Shown: positions 16,387 through 30,345 of the stretch, in pieces | Numbering within the stretch: position 1 is the stretch's first letter | Layout of the letters: each line of letters starts with the position of its first letter | From: the human T2T-CHM13v2.0 reference genome, Homo sapiens | Strand: one strand, 5' to 3' | Length of the DNA: 64,000 nucleotides | NCBI RefSeq assembly: GCF_009914755.1 | Contig: NC_060933.1 | The notes under the pieces: generated by a model | Told to the model about the DNA's origin: nothing | The model's input: only the letters and a program-made list of their open reading frames with translations | Databases searched by the model: none | Position numbers and translations under genes: made by a program

Positions 16387-18519
16387 CCCTGTGTCCCTGA
16401 TTTTCAACAGTTTATGTGTTGGCGTAGTCTTTGGACTAAATCTGATTGGAGTTCTTTGACTTTCCTGTACCTAGATACTTATACCTTTCCTCAGATTTGC
16501 AAAGCTTTTTTTATTTTAAATAAGCTTTCTACCCCTTTATTTCTCCTTTCTCCTTCATTTACTCCTATAACTTGAATATTTACTCTTTTGGTGCTGTCCC
16601 ATTAATTCCATAAACTTTCTTCATTCTTTTTTTCTTCTGTATGTTTTCAAATAACCTGTATGTTCAGGTTTAAATTCTTTCTTCTAATTGTTCAATTCTG
16701 TTGGTGATGCTATTACATTTTCTTTTCATTCATTGTGTTCTTCAGCTCTAGAATTTGTTTAATTTTTAAGAAATATATAATTTCAATCTCTCTGGTAAAC
16801 TTCTCATTTTGGTAACTTGCTTTCCTGATTTCATTGAATTGTTTCTCAGTATTTTCTTGAAGTTCATGGATGTTACTTTTTAAAACAATTATTCTGAATT
16901 CTTTGTCAGGCAGTTCATACATCTCCATTTCTTTGGGTCAGCTTCTGGGAGATTATTGTGCTCTTTTGGTGATGTTACGTTTATGTCTCCTTGGTTTTTC
17001 ATTTCTTGTTGCCTTACATTGATGTCTGGGCATTTGAAGATGTAGAGACTTATTCTAGTCTTTGACTGGCTTTGTCTGGGAAAGCCCTTCACTAGTCAGT
17101 CAATTCAGGGATTCTAGTCCAGCTGCCTGCTATGGTCCATAGGTTGGCTTGCTCTTAAGAGTCTTCACACTGGCTGGCCTGGTGCCTGGGTCAGCAGGTG
17201 GGTGAGCTTGGTGCCTGGGTCCATGGAGTTAAGCCTGAAACTTGGGTCCACAGGAGTGGACCTGTTGTCTGGTTCTGTGGAATGGGCCTGCATCTAAGAG
17301 GGTGGGTCTGAAGCCTGGGTCCACTAGAGCTGACCTGGCACTGGGGTAGGCCTTGAGCCTGAGTCTGCAGGGGCCAGCCAGGCACTGGGATGAGCCTGGT
17401 GCCTGGGTCCACTGGGATAGGCTGAGTCTGTGGGAGTGGGCCTGGGTCAAGAGTCCACAGGGGCTGGCCTGGAGCCTGGGTCTGCAGAGATAGTCCTGGA
17501 GCTTCCGTCCATGGAGACTGGCCTAGAACCAGGGCCTACTAGGGTGAACTTGGACTCTCTGTCTACTGGAGCAAACCTAGATCTTGGGTCCTTGGAACCT
17601 GCAGCTGACCTAGTGCTGGGGCAGGTGTGGAATCACGATCTATGGCAGCTTGTCTGGAGTGTAGGATCATGGTTGCTGGCCTGGTATCTGAAGCCACTGA
17701 GGCTGGCTGAAAGCCTAGAGCTTAGGAGTCTGGCTAGAGCCTGGGTCCACTTGTGTTGGCCTGGAGGCTGAGTGTGCAGGTGCTGGCCTGGGGGTCAGGT
17801 CTGCAAAGTCTAGCCTGGGTCCTGGGGCTTTAGGGGCCAGTCTGAAACCTGGATCCACAAGTGTAGTCCTAGAACTTGGGTCCATGGAGGCTGGTCCATC
17901 ACTGGAGTCTACTAGGATAAGCCTGAACCCTGGGTCTGTGAGTGCTAGCCTCATGATCAGGGCTGTGGGCAGCTGGTCTGGAGCCTGAAGCCACTGGGTT
18001 TGGCCTGGTGCTGGAATAGGTCCAGAGACTGAGTCTGCTGGGCAGGCCTCGGGCCTGCAGCTTTGGAATCCAGCCTGGGGCTTGGAGATATTGCCTGGCA
18101 CCAGGATGGGACTAAATGCTCAGTTCATGGGTACCAGCCTGGAGTCTGGGGCCACAGAAGCCTTTCTGGCACTGGGTTTTACCAGGACAAGCCAAGTGTT
18201 TGGGTCTGAGGAAAAGTTCAGTGCTAACTTCCTTCTCCTTTCCCCACATGAAGGGTATCTCTCTCCATACTGTGCTGCCTGGGGTTGGGGGAGGGGTGGT
18301 GCAAGTAGCATAAAACTGTCCTTTTTAGCCTCTTCAATGCATCATTTCTTTACTACTCTCAGGTACTACTATCTCTGACCTGGTTTCCTTAGCTCTTGTG
18401 AAGGTATTTTTCTGCATGGATGTATGTTCAACTTGATGTTTCTGTGTGGAGACGAACATGGAAAGTCCTTTTCTGTCATCTTGCTGATGTCCATTGAGAT
18501 TAACTTTCATAATCAACTC

Positions 18520-19090
18520 TTGACTAGATTACTGAACAGTCTCCTAGATTTTATTTTGACCCCCTCTAATCTATTTTCCAAATTGCAGCCAGAGTAATCT
18601 TTAAAAAACAATCTGATTATGTCATTCCCTGATTAAAACCTTTCATTGGCTCTTCATGGTTTTCAGGATAAAGTCAAAATTCCTTAACACAGCATGTAAG
18701 GACTTTCATGTGTTAGTTCTCTTGACCTCATCCCTCAGCATTCACCTTTCCATTTATATTCACCAACAGCCCTTGAACTTGTTCTTGCCAAGGTCACCTT
18801 TCTCTAAGCCCCATCTCCTTCTCACCTCGGGATAAACTTCTACAAAACTTTATACCTACCTTCGGCATCAATATCGCCAGAAATCCTGGATCAGGTACTA
18901 CTCTGTTGATCTCTGTCAGAGCACTTATCCCTTAGTAAAACACAATTGCCTGTTAACCTGGTTGTCCCTTTCCTCTACTTGGTTATGAATTCTTTGAGGG
19001 CAGGGACCCAGTCTCAGTAAAAACCCTTGGTTCTTAGCACAATGTCTGTCATACAGAAGAGATAGCTAAATATTTAATGAATTGATAGCT
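18520..19090. mobile_element. L2 fragments
   Basis: L2-like motifs (gcagccagagtaatcttt, ctttgagggcaggga, cttagcacaatgtctg). Confidence 0.6.
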
Positions 19091-19149
19091 TGAATGGTAT
19101 CTTTCTGAGCATAGATAAAGTAAGAACAACTAAGATTTCTCACTACTTT

Positions 19150-19300
19150 ATGGTTTATAACATAATCATTATTTCTCATTAGTTTTTATAACAATCCCAT
19201 TAGGTAGGTGGTATCATTAACCATTTTTTATATACGAAGAAACAAGAACAGAGGAGGTAAGTGACTTTCCCAAGGCTGGACTCAAATCTAGGCTTCCTAG
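19150..19300. mobile_element. MIR fragment
   Basis: MIR core-like cagaggaggtaagtgactttcccaagg. Confidence 0.6.
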
Positions 19301-20135
19301 GTAATTTTAGGATTGGGAATCTTCTACCAAACAACCACATCTCCACTGAAATATTTAGAACTCAGTGGGGTAATTCATTCTGCCATAGGACTACAAATCA
19401 TCCTCTGTGTAATTTAATCTTTTGAGATAAAAATGGCATTTAAATGAATTTTCAAAATAAAATGTCTAACTTGAATACCTGTATTGCTTAAACTTTTCGT
19501 ATAAGAAACATCTACATTTTTAACCACTGTATTTAACACCTCACAAAGCTGATAAAAATTCAGTATCTGTAGTAGCTACAAGGCTTGTACATATATTAAT
19601 ACTATAAATATCTGAGAATTGAGTCAGAAAGCTTACCTATTCTTGGAACAGTTCATAGCTATATGCCATTAGAAACGCCTAGTAATAGCAAGATTCATAA
19701 ATACTACTAATGTTCTTGCTATGTGAAGTCACGAATGAACAGCAATATTACCAATTTCCTTTACCCTGGCCTAAGGTTATAAGCTATTTTTCTCAATGTG
19801 CTTGGTAAAGACCAAACTCAATGAAGAGCTAATTTCTCACAAGACAAAAATTTTCTTTGAGAGATTGATTCCCAAGCATTAATCACTAATCATCCAAGCA
19901 TTCATTATCAATTCTAATCACTTAATGTTGGTATTTCTACAAGGCTATATCATAATGTTCATAATTATACCACACTCTATAGTGAAAAAAAGCAGCAGTC
20001 ACCCAAACCTCTCCCATCCAGTTAACAAAGTCTTACTGTTCCAACATAGGATTATTTAAAATATTCAAACAACTATTTTCAGTTCATTTTTGAAAAACAT
20101 ATCAGTAATTTTTAAAAAACAAAATGAATACTCAC

Positions 20136-20277
20136 AATACATCTTTGAAGTCTCCAAACACATACATATGCCTAAAGCTGTCAATAGCGATTACAGGACA
20201 ATCTGCTGGAGTTTTCTGTATGTGCAGAAGAGGATGTCTAAATTTGTCACAATCGGCATGTAAAAAGTTTATTGTAC
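20136..20277 (-). CDS. ERP44: ERP44 coding exon (probably exon 10, 142 nt): (G)TINFLHADCDKFRHPLLHIQKTPADCPVIAIDSFRHMYVFGDFKDV(L)
   Basis: Acceptor ttttcttaaag, donor GTGAGT. In frame, ends in phase 2. The remaining 3' exons (C-tail, RDEL) are not in the window. Confidence 0.97.
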
Positions 20278-21207
20278 CTTTAAGAAAAAAGAATTTTGAG
20301 AGGTAAATTCAAATTTTCTTGAAAATATTTTTGTAAGATTGCAAGCTCACAAAAAGTGACATACTAAAAAAAAAGCACCCAACATTCTTAAGAGTAATAT
20401 AGATCAGAAAAACTAAAACCTAAATATCTAACACTTAAAATAGGTAGGCTTTTAGTTCTTAGGGCACAGAGTATAACTTCTTTAGAAATCATATTGACTT
20501 AGTGCAAATTTGAAGGCTATAATGAATTTTTTACTTTCCTTAAATGGGCAATCATTTACTTTGCAGATTATCAGGTTCTAGGCAGGAAGTTCAAGTTGAT
20601 ATATGAGCCATTCTCATGGGACCATTTTCATTCCAGCCTATTCCAGTCATACTGGTTGATTTTTAGTCGAATTCAACCTGCAAGATAGTATGTGACTAAA
20701 ATGGGCAGCTCTATAGAGTACCTTTAGTTTATTTTGTTTGACTTTCTTCCCTAACTACAGAGGAAAAGCTGGTGACACCTCAAATTCCATTAAATGCTTT
20801 GGAGAAATCCACAGACAACTACTCAACTTTCTTTCATTTAGAAATAAATGTTAATCAGACTGTGTAAGCTCTCTCAGCAACATCTCTGGGAATGTCCATT
20901 GGAAAAGGGGTCACACAAGCAATGAAGGCAAGTGCCCAGAACTAATGCTCATTCATGACCCTGCTTTTCATGCACTTTGATTTTTCTCTCCAAAATAGTA
21001 ATGGTTAGAAAACAAACAAACAAAAAAACACTACCTCATATTATCTCTCTACTAATGCCTCCTTACCATCACATTTGAATGTGTTAAAATAAGTTTTTAA
21101 CCCAAATATGTTTATGTGATTTGACAGAAATGGGAGAGGAGATGATGAAAGGGAAAAAAAGAAAAGAGAGAAAGAAATGATGAAAATAAACACCTTAATC
21201 TGTCTAC

Positions 21208-21319
21208 CTTTTTCACTTATTAATTGCCGAGCTACTTCATTCTGGAATATTTCTAAACTTTCTGTATCTTCTTTCATGTGAAAGAGTATGAGAAAAGGCA
21301 GTCCTTCTTCTGTCAATTC
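21208..21319 (-). CDS. ERP44: ERP44 coding exon (probably exon 9, 112 nt): ELTEEGLPFLILFHMKEDTESLEIFQNEVARQLISEK(G)
   Basis: Peptide in ORF 21041..21316(-). Acceptor ctctctacag, donor GTAGAC. ERp44 b' domain. Confidence 0.97.
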
Positions 21320-22404
21320 CTGTAGAGAGAAGCATTCAATGAGAATTATCAGGCTTCTCCATTCAGTTGTAGCTATTTTCTAGGTAGGAACAATTTTGAA
21401 CCCAACCCATGTAATGCAATAGTTGCAATATCCCGGGGGAAAAAAAAGGCCCAGTGGTGTGAATAAACATTAGCCTGAACAGAAGACTGAATTCACTCCC
21501 CTCCCCACCTCAAGTACCCAGACAGTCAGAGGACCCACATGCCCTGCTTTGCTGCAGAAACTGATCTGCCCCCACTGTCTGTTAGCCAGTATGGGATATG
21601 AGACTTCAGGGTTAGGCTGTTGAATTCATGACATATAGAGGTGAACTATGCTGGTTCTTTACCAAGGTGTTAATTTTAGAGTGGGGTAAACATGACTAGT
21701 ATTTTCAGTCTTCACAAGTAACAGTGAAAAACAGTATATCAGCAATAAATAAATCTGATTTGCAAAATTTTTTGTATTTTTTTATATTCTAAGGTTGCAA
21801 AAACCATTACACTTACATATAAAACTTACCCAAAGCTTGAAGTGTTTTATCCAGGGTAAAAAACAAAACCTCCATTATTTAACTAATTCTCAACCAATAT
21901 ACAATTAACATTATTAATAAATACCTACCCCTATATATTTTTATATACCTCTTTATTTATACACACAGAAAAGCACCTTGAAAATTATAAAGTGCTATTA
22001 AAATTTTTATTGTTGTAATTGGAGAATACTACAATGGGTAGACATGATTAAATAAAATGTGATATGTAGACAGATTTAATCATTTATTCTCCCCAACAAA
22101 TGCTAAGTTCTGACTCATCAGAAAAAGTCCAGAAAGGGTCTCATAACAAAATTATTTTCATCAACTATCCTTTTGAGGATCTCTCCATAAATCTAGGAAC
22201 TACCTCACCAGAAAGTACAAATGTCCTTTATTTTTTAAAAAACAAACTGGGACCTATTTTACAGGATTAAAAGTTTTCTTCTGGCTCTCATCTCCATATT
22301 TAAGCCTATTTCACTTGTATATAAGATCAATTATTAAGCCTCTTGTTACATTTATTTTTTTAAAAAACTGAGATACAATTAGCATACCATAAATTTCACC
22401 ATTG

Positions 22405-22672
22405 TTTTTTTGGAGACAGGGTCTCACTGTGTCGCCCAGGCTGGAGTACAGCCTCGACCTCCCCAGGCTCAGGTGATCCTCTCACCTCAGCCTCCCAAAT
22501 AGTGAGGACTACAAACATGCATGACCATGCCCAGCTCATTTTTGTTATTTTTTGTAGAGATGGGATTTCGCCATGTTGCTCAGGTTGGTCCCAAACTCCT
22601 GGGCTCAAGCAATCTGCCTGCCTCAGCCTCCCAAAGTGCTGGAATTACAGGTATGAGGCAACACACCCAGCC
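22405..22672 (-). mobile_element. AluJ with an internal deletion
   Basis: Antisense Alu motifs with poly-T at the left end. Confidence 0.88.
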
Positions 22673-22750
22673 CATCATTTTTAAGTGTACAATTTTGTGG
22701 TTTTAATTATATTCACAAGGTTGTGCAAACATCACCACTAATTCTAGAGC

Positions 22751-23041
22751 TTTTTTTTTGAGACGGAGTCTCACTCTGTAGCCCAAGCTGGAGTGCACTA
22801 GTGCAATCTTGGCTCACTGGAACCTCTGCCTCCCGTGTTCAAACGATTCTCCTGTCTCAGCCTCCTGAGTAGCTGGGACAACAAGTGCACATCACCATGC
22901 CCAGCTAATTTTTTTGTATATTTAGTGGAGATGGGGTTTCACCATGTTGGCCAGGATGGTCTCAATCTCCTGACCTCATGATCCATCCCCCTCGGCCTCC
23001 CAAAGTGCTGGGATTACAGGCATGAGCCACTGCGCCCAGCC
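22751..23041 (-). mobile_element. AluS (Sc-like)
   Basis: Full antisense dimer. Confidence 0.92.
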
Positions 23042-23562
23042 CCAGAATATTTTTTATCACTTCAAAAAGAAACCACATACCCATTAGTAGTGATTCCCAT
23101 CTCCCCTCTCCCCACCCCCTGGCATCACATTCATCTTTTAGTAAGCTGATTTTTTTCTTCCTCATCTTTTATCTCTTGGACTCACATTTTTTCTTCCCCC
23201 ATCCATTAACTGATGCTGGTCTCAATGACTGTCTTTGGACTTCTCTGCTCTAGCCTGACAAGTTCATGTAGTTCAACAGTTTTGATCACTACTTCTAACT
23301 GATCGCTTATCTGTGTCTACAAGCCCAGCTCCAGTACAAAATCCAAGCCTAGGTTTCCATCTGCCTGCTTAATATCTCCATTTCAAATTCTAAACAAGTA
23401 CCTTAAATACTCAAAACTAATGCCTAGTCCCCTCCTCTCTAACCTCCTTCTCCTGTTTTCCCATTTTCTTTAGTACTTCTGCTTCTCTCTTAGCACTTTT
23501 CTTTTCAGGACGTAATGCCGCTTCTCTAAAGTCATCTCTCATTCCACTCCATCCCTGTCAAA

Positions 23563-23642
23563 GGAAAATTCTTTTTTCTAAACTCCAAGAGCATTTTATC
23601 AATGGAAAATTCTTTTTTCTAAACTCCAAGAGCATTTTATCA
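23563..23642. repeat. Perfect 39-bp direct duplication (period 41)
   Basis: ggaaaattcttttttctaaactccaagagcattttatca at 23563-23601 and 23604-23642. Confidence 0.95.
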
Positions 23643-24249
23643 GTGCCCCTCATGTGGCACGGGGCATGACTTTGTGTTACGTTATCTGTACATATGAAAT
23701 ATTAAACTGAAAACCCCTTGAAGACAATCTTATTTCATTTCTCTTTTCCTCACAATCAACATATATCAATAAATAAACAAATGTTGCTAAATAGGTGGTA
23801 ATTCATGCTGCTTAGGCTTCCAAGTTTACTATGTCCATACAAGCATATTCTTTACCAAACAAATGTTAAAAGATTAAGGAGAAGAATATCAAGACAACCA
23901 GATTTACAGGAAACAGATCCTTCCCCACAGATTACATGATTTAATGGTTGGTTAAATGGTTAAATGGTTGCTTACAACATAATAAATCTCAAGAATTATT
24001 AGATGTGCCAACAACCACGGGGAAGGGAGATGCCGTTTCACTGTTTAAGATTTTCCAGGTCTATACCTTTAAATCTGGTTTTAAAAACTACCCCTGCAAG
24101 AACTACCACAGCAGGCAAATAGTCATGACAAATTCTTAAATTTTCCTGGGCCTCTGAGGACTAAATGAGTGAATGCAAATTTTTTTAAAAATTGTAAGTA
24201 ATCCAACTAAACATACCTGAGGCCTACAGAAGTAAGAAAACCAGGGACA

Positions 24250-24563
<314 letters not shown>

Positions 24564-25481
24564 GAAAGCCAGGACATTCATTTTTATAAACTGTTAGCAG
24601 AAAAAGTCTAATCCACCCTCTCTTTCAAAACCAAGTTTAAGATCAAAATGGAAAAGACTAACAATTCAAATATAAAGAAATATTTTTTAAATGTTTACTT
24701 CCTTAAAGTTTGATATAAAGGACTTCAAACGGTCTGCTTTACAATTGCTTGTACTTAACTATTCTATTAATAAATTCTAAGTTAAAAAAAAACATAAGTA
24801 TGAATGTGCATTAAAAAGCAGAGGGAGCTTAAATCCCAATCTCTTCTAGGCTTCTGGTACTATAAAACTATGACACACCACTGACACCTTGTGGCCAAAC
24901 ACTCAAATTGTAGGAGCAGTATTTTGAATTCTGTGAAATGTCTTATCTACCTTAAAATGCTATTAATGATAGGAAAGAGATGGAGGCAAGACAAGATTAT
25001 GCATGCTATGTCCAATCTATATATCCAGTATTAAAAAGAAAAGAAGAGAATATAAAATTGAGTGCAGTGCACATAGAAGGGTATTATTCAATGAAAAATG
25101 AGAATTATGTATATACTAGTGAAAATGTCTTACTTTGCCTTACAATGAAAAATGGTTTGAAAGCCACTATTTGGTCCAAACATTTGAACTCCTGTACCTG
25201 AGCATCCAGTGTGTCATGGGGGGTAATGACACATAATTAAAGATAGAAAGACACCCAATCTGAGCATATTTATTCAAACCATCTCAAAAAACTACATATA
25301 AAACAACTACAATGACTCAAGATGCATCTTAACAATATGAATTACTCAGAATCCAGGGAAATACTACTTTGAGAAGCAGGTTCAAAAATAACACTGAAAA
25401 AAGCAACAGAACATTACTGAATAAAAAAATACTCTGGTCACTAAGAATGGACTTAAAATGCCAAGCTGTCATATAGAAATA

Positions 25482-25667
25482 AAGGTTGAGTATCTCTTAT
25501 TCAAAATGCTTGGGATCAGAAGTGTTTTGGATTTTGAAATATTTGCATTATTCTTACCGCTGCAGCATCCCTAATCTAAAACTCTGAAATGCTCCAAGAG
25601 TGTCATGTAGGTGCTCAAAAAATTTTGGATTTTGGAGCATTTCAGATTTTCAAATTAGAAATACTCC
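25482..25667. mobile_element. Tigger-derived MITE (MER46-like)
   Basis: aggttgagtatctcttattcaaaatgcttgggatcagaagtg...tttggagcatttcagattt. Confidence 0.75.
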
Positions 25668-27179
25668 CCGAAATTCTAAAAAACTGGGGAAAAGGAAGTA
25701 GAACCAAAGAATCTCAGGAACAAAAGAAACTAGAAAATTTGGTAAAGCAACTTCTTCAAACCAAAAAAAAGAGACTTTCCAAGAAAAGGCTTGTGTTAGA
25801 ATTTTCACTCAAAAGTCTTCTATAATTCAAAATTCCAAAATATTTTAAAATATGGCATTGCATTAAGATATGCAATGAATTTGCATATCTATTGCAATAT
25901 CTATTGCATATCTAGTGCAATAGAGCCTGATAAGTTTATGATATTTAAGCTTGCAGGCTTAAAAATATATTAATCACATTTCATGAGAAGCCATTTTTAG
26001 AACCTTGATTTGAGAAATAGCTATTATAAACAAGTAGGATGTCCCAGTGGGGTATTCTGACATGTTAAACTGGATCCTGGCAGCACTAATCCTCTTTCTA
26101 TGAAACACTCAGCAAAGAGCCAATGTAAGATGATTTAGGTTTGCAATGATCTGTCCAAGCAGACACACCCAGAGAATCTCATACAAACATTCATACATTT
26201 GATTTGAAATTGCTACAAGCTTAATAAGAATTAAATATTATTTTATGGTGGAAAAGGTATACCAAAAATGTACCATGCTGACATAAAAATACTAACTTAT
26301 TTTTATGTACTAAAATGCAAAGGCAACGTTTAAATCAGGTAAAAAAAAGTCTTTTAAAGAGTTTTTAAATGCTGTTGGCATAGACTTCTGCTTCCAGAAA
26401 GATGAAGTAGACACTTTTCTCTATTTCTCCCAGGAAGTTCAGCTAAAAATCCTGGACATTATATAAACAAACATAAGGCCCTGAGAAGCAAATAAAAGAA
26501 AGCAGACTGGCTAAGGACTTAAGGATCCAAGAAATAGTACTCAGTTCCTTGGGTTTTCTTTTTGCCTTATATATCCCAGTCTAAGTGTTGGAAATGGCAA
26601 TGGACGCAGATCAAAAATACCCCAAGAATGCATTCTCAAGACAAAGAGGGGGCAAAGAGCATTCTGGTTTGCTCACAATGGTCAGTCCCAAAAGTTAAGT
26701 GTTGCTCTCTCTTCCCCAAGAAAGGGAGAAAGAGATAGTAAGATCTAAGAGCTGGAAGCCTCTGGAAAGATTCAGGGAATCTTGGAGAATTCACATATAT
26801 TATCTCCAAATCTGAAAGCACTTAACAATATACATACACCTTAGTAACAGAAGACATCAAATCTGAAATTATACTCTTTCTTAAGAACTCCAGGTTTTGT
26901 TGTATTACAATTAGGTTAAGCTATAGTGCTAAAAATTGCATTCTGGAGTAATAATGGATGTAATCTGGACTAATCTTACTACTGGGAAAATTAGAAAAAC
27001 CAGAGTAATAATAATAATAATAATAAAACACTTTTTGAAAGCATCTAAGAGTGAAAAAAAAAAAAAAAGAATTATGGGCCAAGACTGGAATAGAAGGAAA
27101 CCCAGAACATTAAGCATGGCATTTTAAGCTGCTTTTCTTCTACGACCATCTGTCTTTCCGGAAAAGGCAACTGATAGTG

Positions 27180-27815
27180 CTCAATCCCACTGATCATCAG
27201 GGAAATATAAATTAAAACCACAATGAGACTCTACTACACATACACCAAAATAGATTAAAAATGTAAATAGCTGGTATCAAATGTGGGTAAGGACGTGGAG
27301 CAATGTGAACTTTGATATACTACTGGTAGGAATGTAAACTGCTAAAACCACTTTGGAAAAACTGGTATCCACTAAAATTGAATGTATATATGCCCTATGA
27401 CTCAGCAATTCTATTCATAGGTATATATATCCAGTAGAAATCTGTGCATATATTCACCAAAGACATAGATAAAGAATGTTCATAGCAGCATTATTCACGG
27501 TAGTCAAAATCTGGAAGCAGTCTAAATGTCCACCAATAGTAGAATGGATATATTGTGTTATATTTATATAGGGAATTATATTCAGCATGAAAATGAATGA
27601 ACTACAGCTTCATGCAATATGAATGAACTCCATAAATATAAAGTTGAGTGAAAGAAGCCAGACACAAAAGACATGATTCCATTTTAGGTTCAAAAACAGG
27701 AAAAGCTTCCTATAGTCCTATTGAAAATAAGTATGGTGATTATGAAGATGGTAAGTGGGGGTAATAACTGAGAAGGAAGACAAGGGGTTTGGAAATACTT
27801 TATTTCTTGACTTAG
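27180..27815 (+). mobile_element. Old L1M 3' end
   Basis: Degenerate L1 ORF2 end and 3'UTR motifs. Confidence 0.75.
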
Positions 27816-27817
27816 CT

Positions 27818-28455
<638 letters not shown>

Positions 28456-28456
28456 T

Positions 28457-28805
28457 CTCTTAGTTTGGGCTGCTATATTAAAGTACCATAAACTGGGTGG
28501 CTTACAAATTAACAGAAATTCATTTCTCATCATTCTGGAGGCTGGAAATCCAAAATCAGGGTGCCAGCATGGTCAGTTCTAGTGAGAGCTGTCTTCTAGG
28601 CTGCAGACTGCCTACTTCTCATTGTATCCTCACATGGCAGAAAGAGAGCTACATAACTCTCTGAGGTCTCTTTTATGAGTTCACTAATCCCATTCATGAG
28701 GACTCCATCTCATGAATGGAGGATTCATTCCCTAATACTGTCACATTGGGGATTAGGATTTCAACATATGAATATTAGGACACACAAATATTTGGTCCAT
28801 ACCAC
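28457..28805. mobile_element. MLT1A-like MaLR LTR
   Basis: ttctggaggctggaaatccaaaatcagggtgccagcatgg...ggattaggatttcaacatatgaat. Confidence 0.8.
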
Positions 28806-29314
28806 TCTAAGTAGTGATTATATGGGTATGTTTACTCTGTGATAATTTTGGGGGACCAGATATTTAAACTGTGATTTATACACTTACAATTCTTTGAAGT
28901 GTATATGCATACACAAAGTTTTTAAAAACTGTACCTAATACAAAGTTTTTAAAAACTTGCATTCTTAGGCCATTGGTTTTAAAAACAAAAGACCTGGAAT
29001 GAAAGATATGTCTTACATAAAGTAAAGAAAGGAGAGAGGTCCTTACAGACATAACTCTTTGTACTTGTTCCTCCAGCCTCTTAGGTTTTTAAGTTTTATT
29101 TTGGTGGGAGTTGTAAGAATTTCGATGGGCTTGATTTCAGATGCATGGGATGACTGAGGTCGGTTACCTATCACTGCTACCTGCTTTCATTATTTATAAT
29201 GGAAAAGACAACATTAACTGCTTTACAAAAAACAGAAAAATCTTCTAGTGGCAAAGGATTATTCATTGTATAGAAATAATTGTAACTAAAATCTGCAAAG
29301 CATTGCTCCTAAAG

Positions 29315-29638
29315 CAGCAGTCCCCCACCTTTTTGGCACCAGGGACTGGTTTCATGGAAGACAATTTTTCCACTGATCAGGGTGGGGGATATGATTTCGG
29401 GATGAAACTGTTCCACCTCAGATCATCAGGCATTAGTTAGATTCTCATAAGGAGAATGCACCCTAGATCCCTCACATGCACAGTTCACAACAGGGTTCAC
29501 ATTCGTATGACAATCTAATGCTGCCACTGATCTGACAGGAGGCAGAGCTCAGGCCGTAATGCTCTCTCGCTGGGCAGCCCTCTTCCTAGCAGGCCGTGGA
29601 CTGATACAGGTCTGCGGCCCAGGGTATGGGGACCCTTG
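29315..29638. mobile_element. MER1B-like hAT-Charlie MITE
   Basis: Terminal inverted repeats cagcagtccccc...ggggacccttg. 8-bp TSD tcctaaag/ttctaaag. Confidence 0.88.
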
Positions 29639-29951
29639 TTCTAAAGGACATCCACCTAAACAGGGATCCTCAACCAACAGATGGGTATCAGAATCACCTG
29701 AAAGGCATTTTCAAACTCATTTTGAAGGCTGTAGTGAACTACTACTATTACTGGAAATGTAACAGAGGGGTTCTGGGATAGCAAAGGTGAAGAATCACTG
29801 GTGTATATTACAGAAACAGCTATGATATAGTTATGTTCACTATATGATTCTTACAATTCATAACTCTGTTAACATAGTAAGACAGGTGGAGGAAGCTTGT
29901 GGTTTCAGACATTTGAATTTAAAGTAACAATGCACAGTAGAAAGCCCATAC

Positions 29952-30068
29952 CTCTCCATTTTCAAATGTTATTTCTCGGACAAGAGGAACACATTTATCT
30001 TGAATCCAATTGTAAGTCACATCAAAATTTGTCATAGCTCCCAAGTACACCATATCCGGAGCAGAATG
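29952..30068 (-). CDS. ERP44: ERP44 coding exon (probably exon 8, 117 nt): HSAPDMVYLGAMTNFDVTYNWIQDKCVPLVREITFENGE
   Basis: Long U tract plus taatag acceptor, donor GTATGG. In-frame match to recalled ERp44. Confidence 0.97.
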
Positions 30069-30127
30069 CTATTACAAAACAGAAAAAAAAAATTAAATCT
30101 AACCTGTGCTGGCAAAAGTATATTCTT

Positions 30128-30345
30128 ATTTTTTTTCTTTATATTTTTTAAAGCAAGGTCTCACTCTGTCACCCAGGCTGGAGTACAGTGACATGATCAT
30201 GGCTCACTGCAGCCTTGACCTCCTGGGCTCAAGCAATTCTCTTACCTCAGCCTCCAGAGTAGCTGGGACTACAGGTACATGCCACCACGCCAAGCTAATT
30301 ATTTTATTTTATGCAGAGATGGGGTCTTGTTATGTTGCCCAGGCT
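30128..30345 (-). mobile_element. Truncated AluJ about 60 nt upstream of the exon 8 acceptor
   Basis: Antisense Alu right arm and part of the left arm. Confidence 0.85.

Larger units (their letters stand above)
9137..18492 (-). mobile_element. Near full-length, internally deleted L1MA-type element interrupted by an MST LTR, L1PB, the UPF3A retrocopy and an AluJ
   Basis: 3'UTR at 9137-9698 resumes at 13047. Endonuclease relic in ORF 15004..15285(-), ORF1 relic in 16713..16928(-). Repetitive GC-rich 5'UTR at ~17100-18490 ending in a cagcaagatg start motif. It may be a mosaic of two copies. Confidence 0.75.

Noticed and set aside
17191-18378. GC-rich ORF cluster
   Set aside because: Arises from a degenerate repeat array in a probable L1 5'UTR; no recognisable protein.
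21041-21207. Hydrophobic extension of exon 9 as a membrane-anchored ERP44 isoform
   Set aside because: It is read-through into the U-rich intron, with no sequence evidence for retention or a dedicated 3' end.
25195-25350. Possible snoRNA or cryptic exon near the tgtgtcat/atgacaca hairpin
   Set aside because: Only an 8-bp stem, with no convincing C/D or H/ACA box layout or paired splice sites.
28691-28718. Inverted repeat cattcatgag/ctcatgaatg
   Set aside because: Largely intrinsic to the MLT1 LTR sequence.
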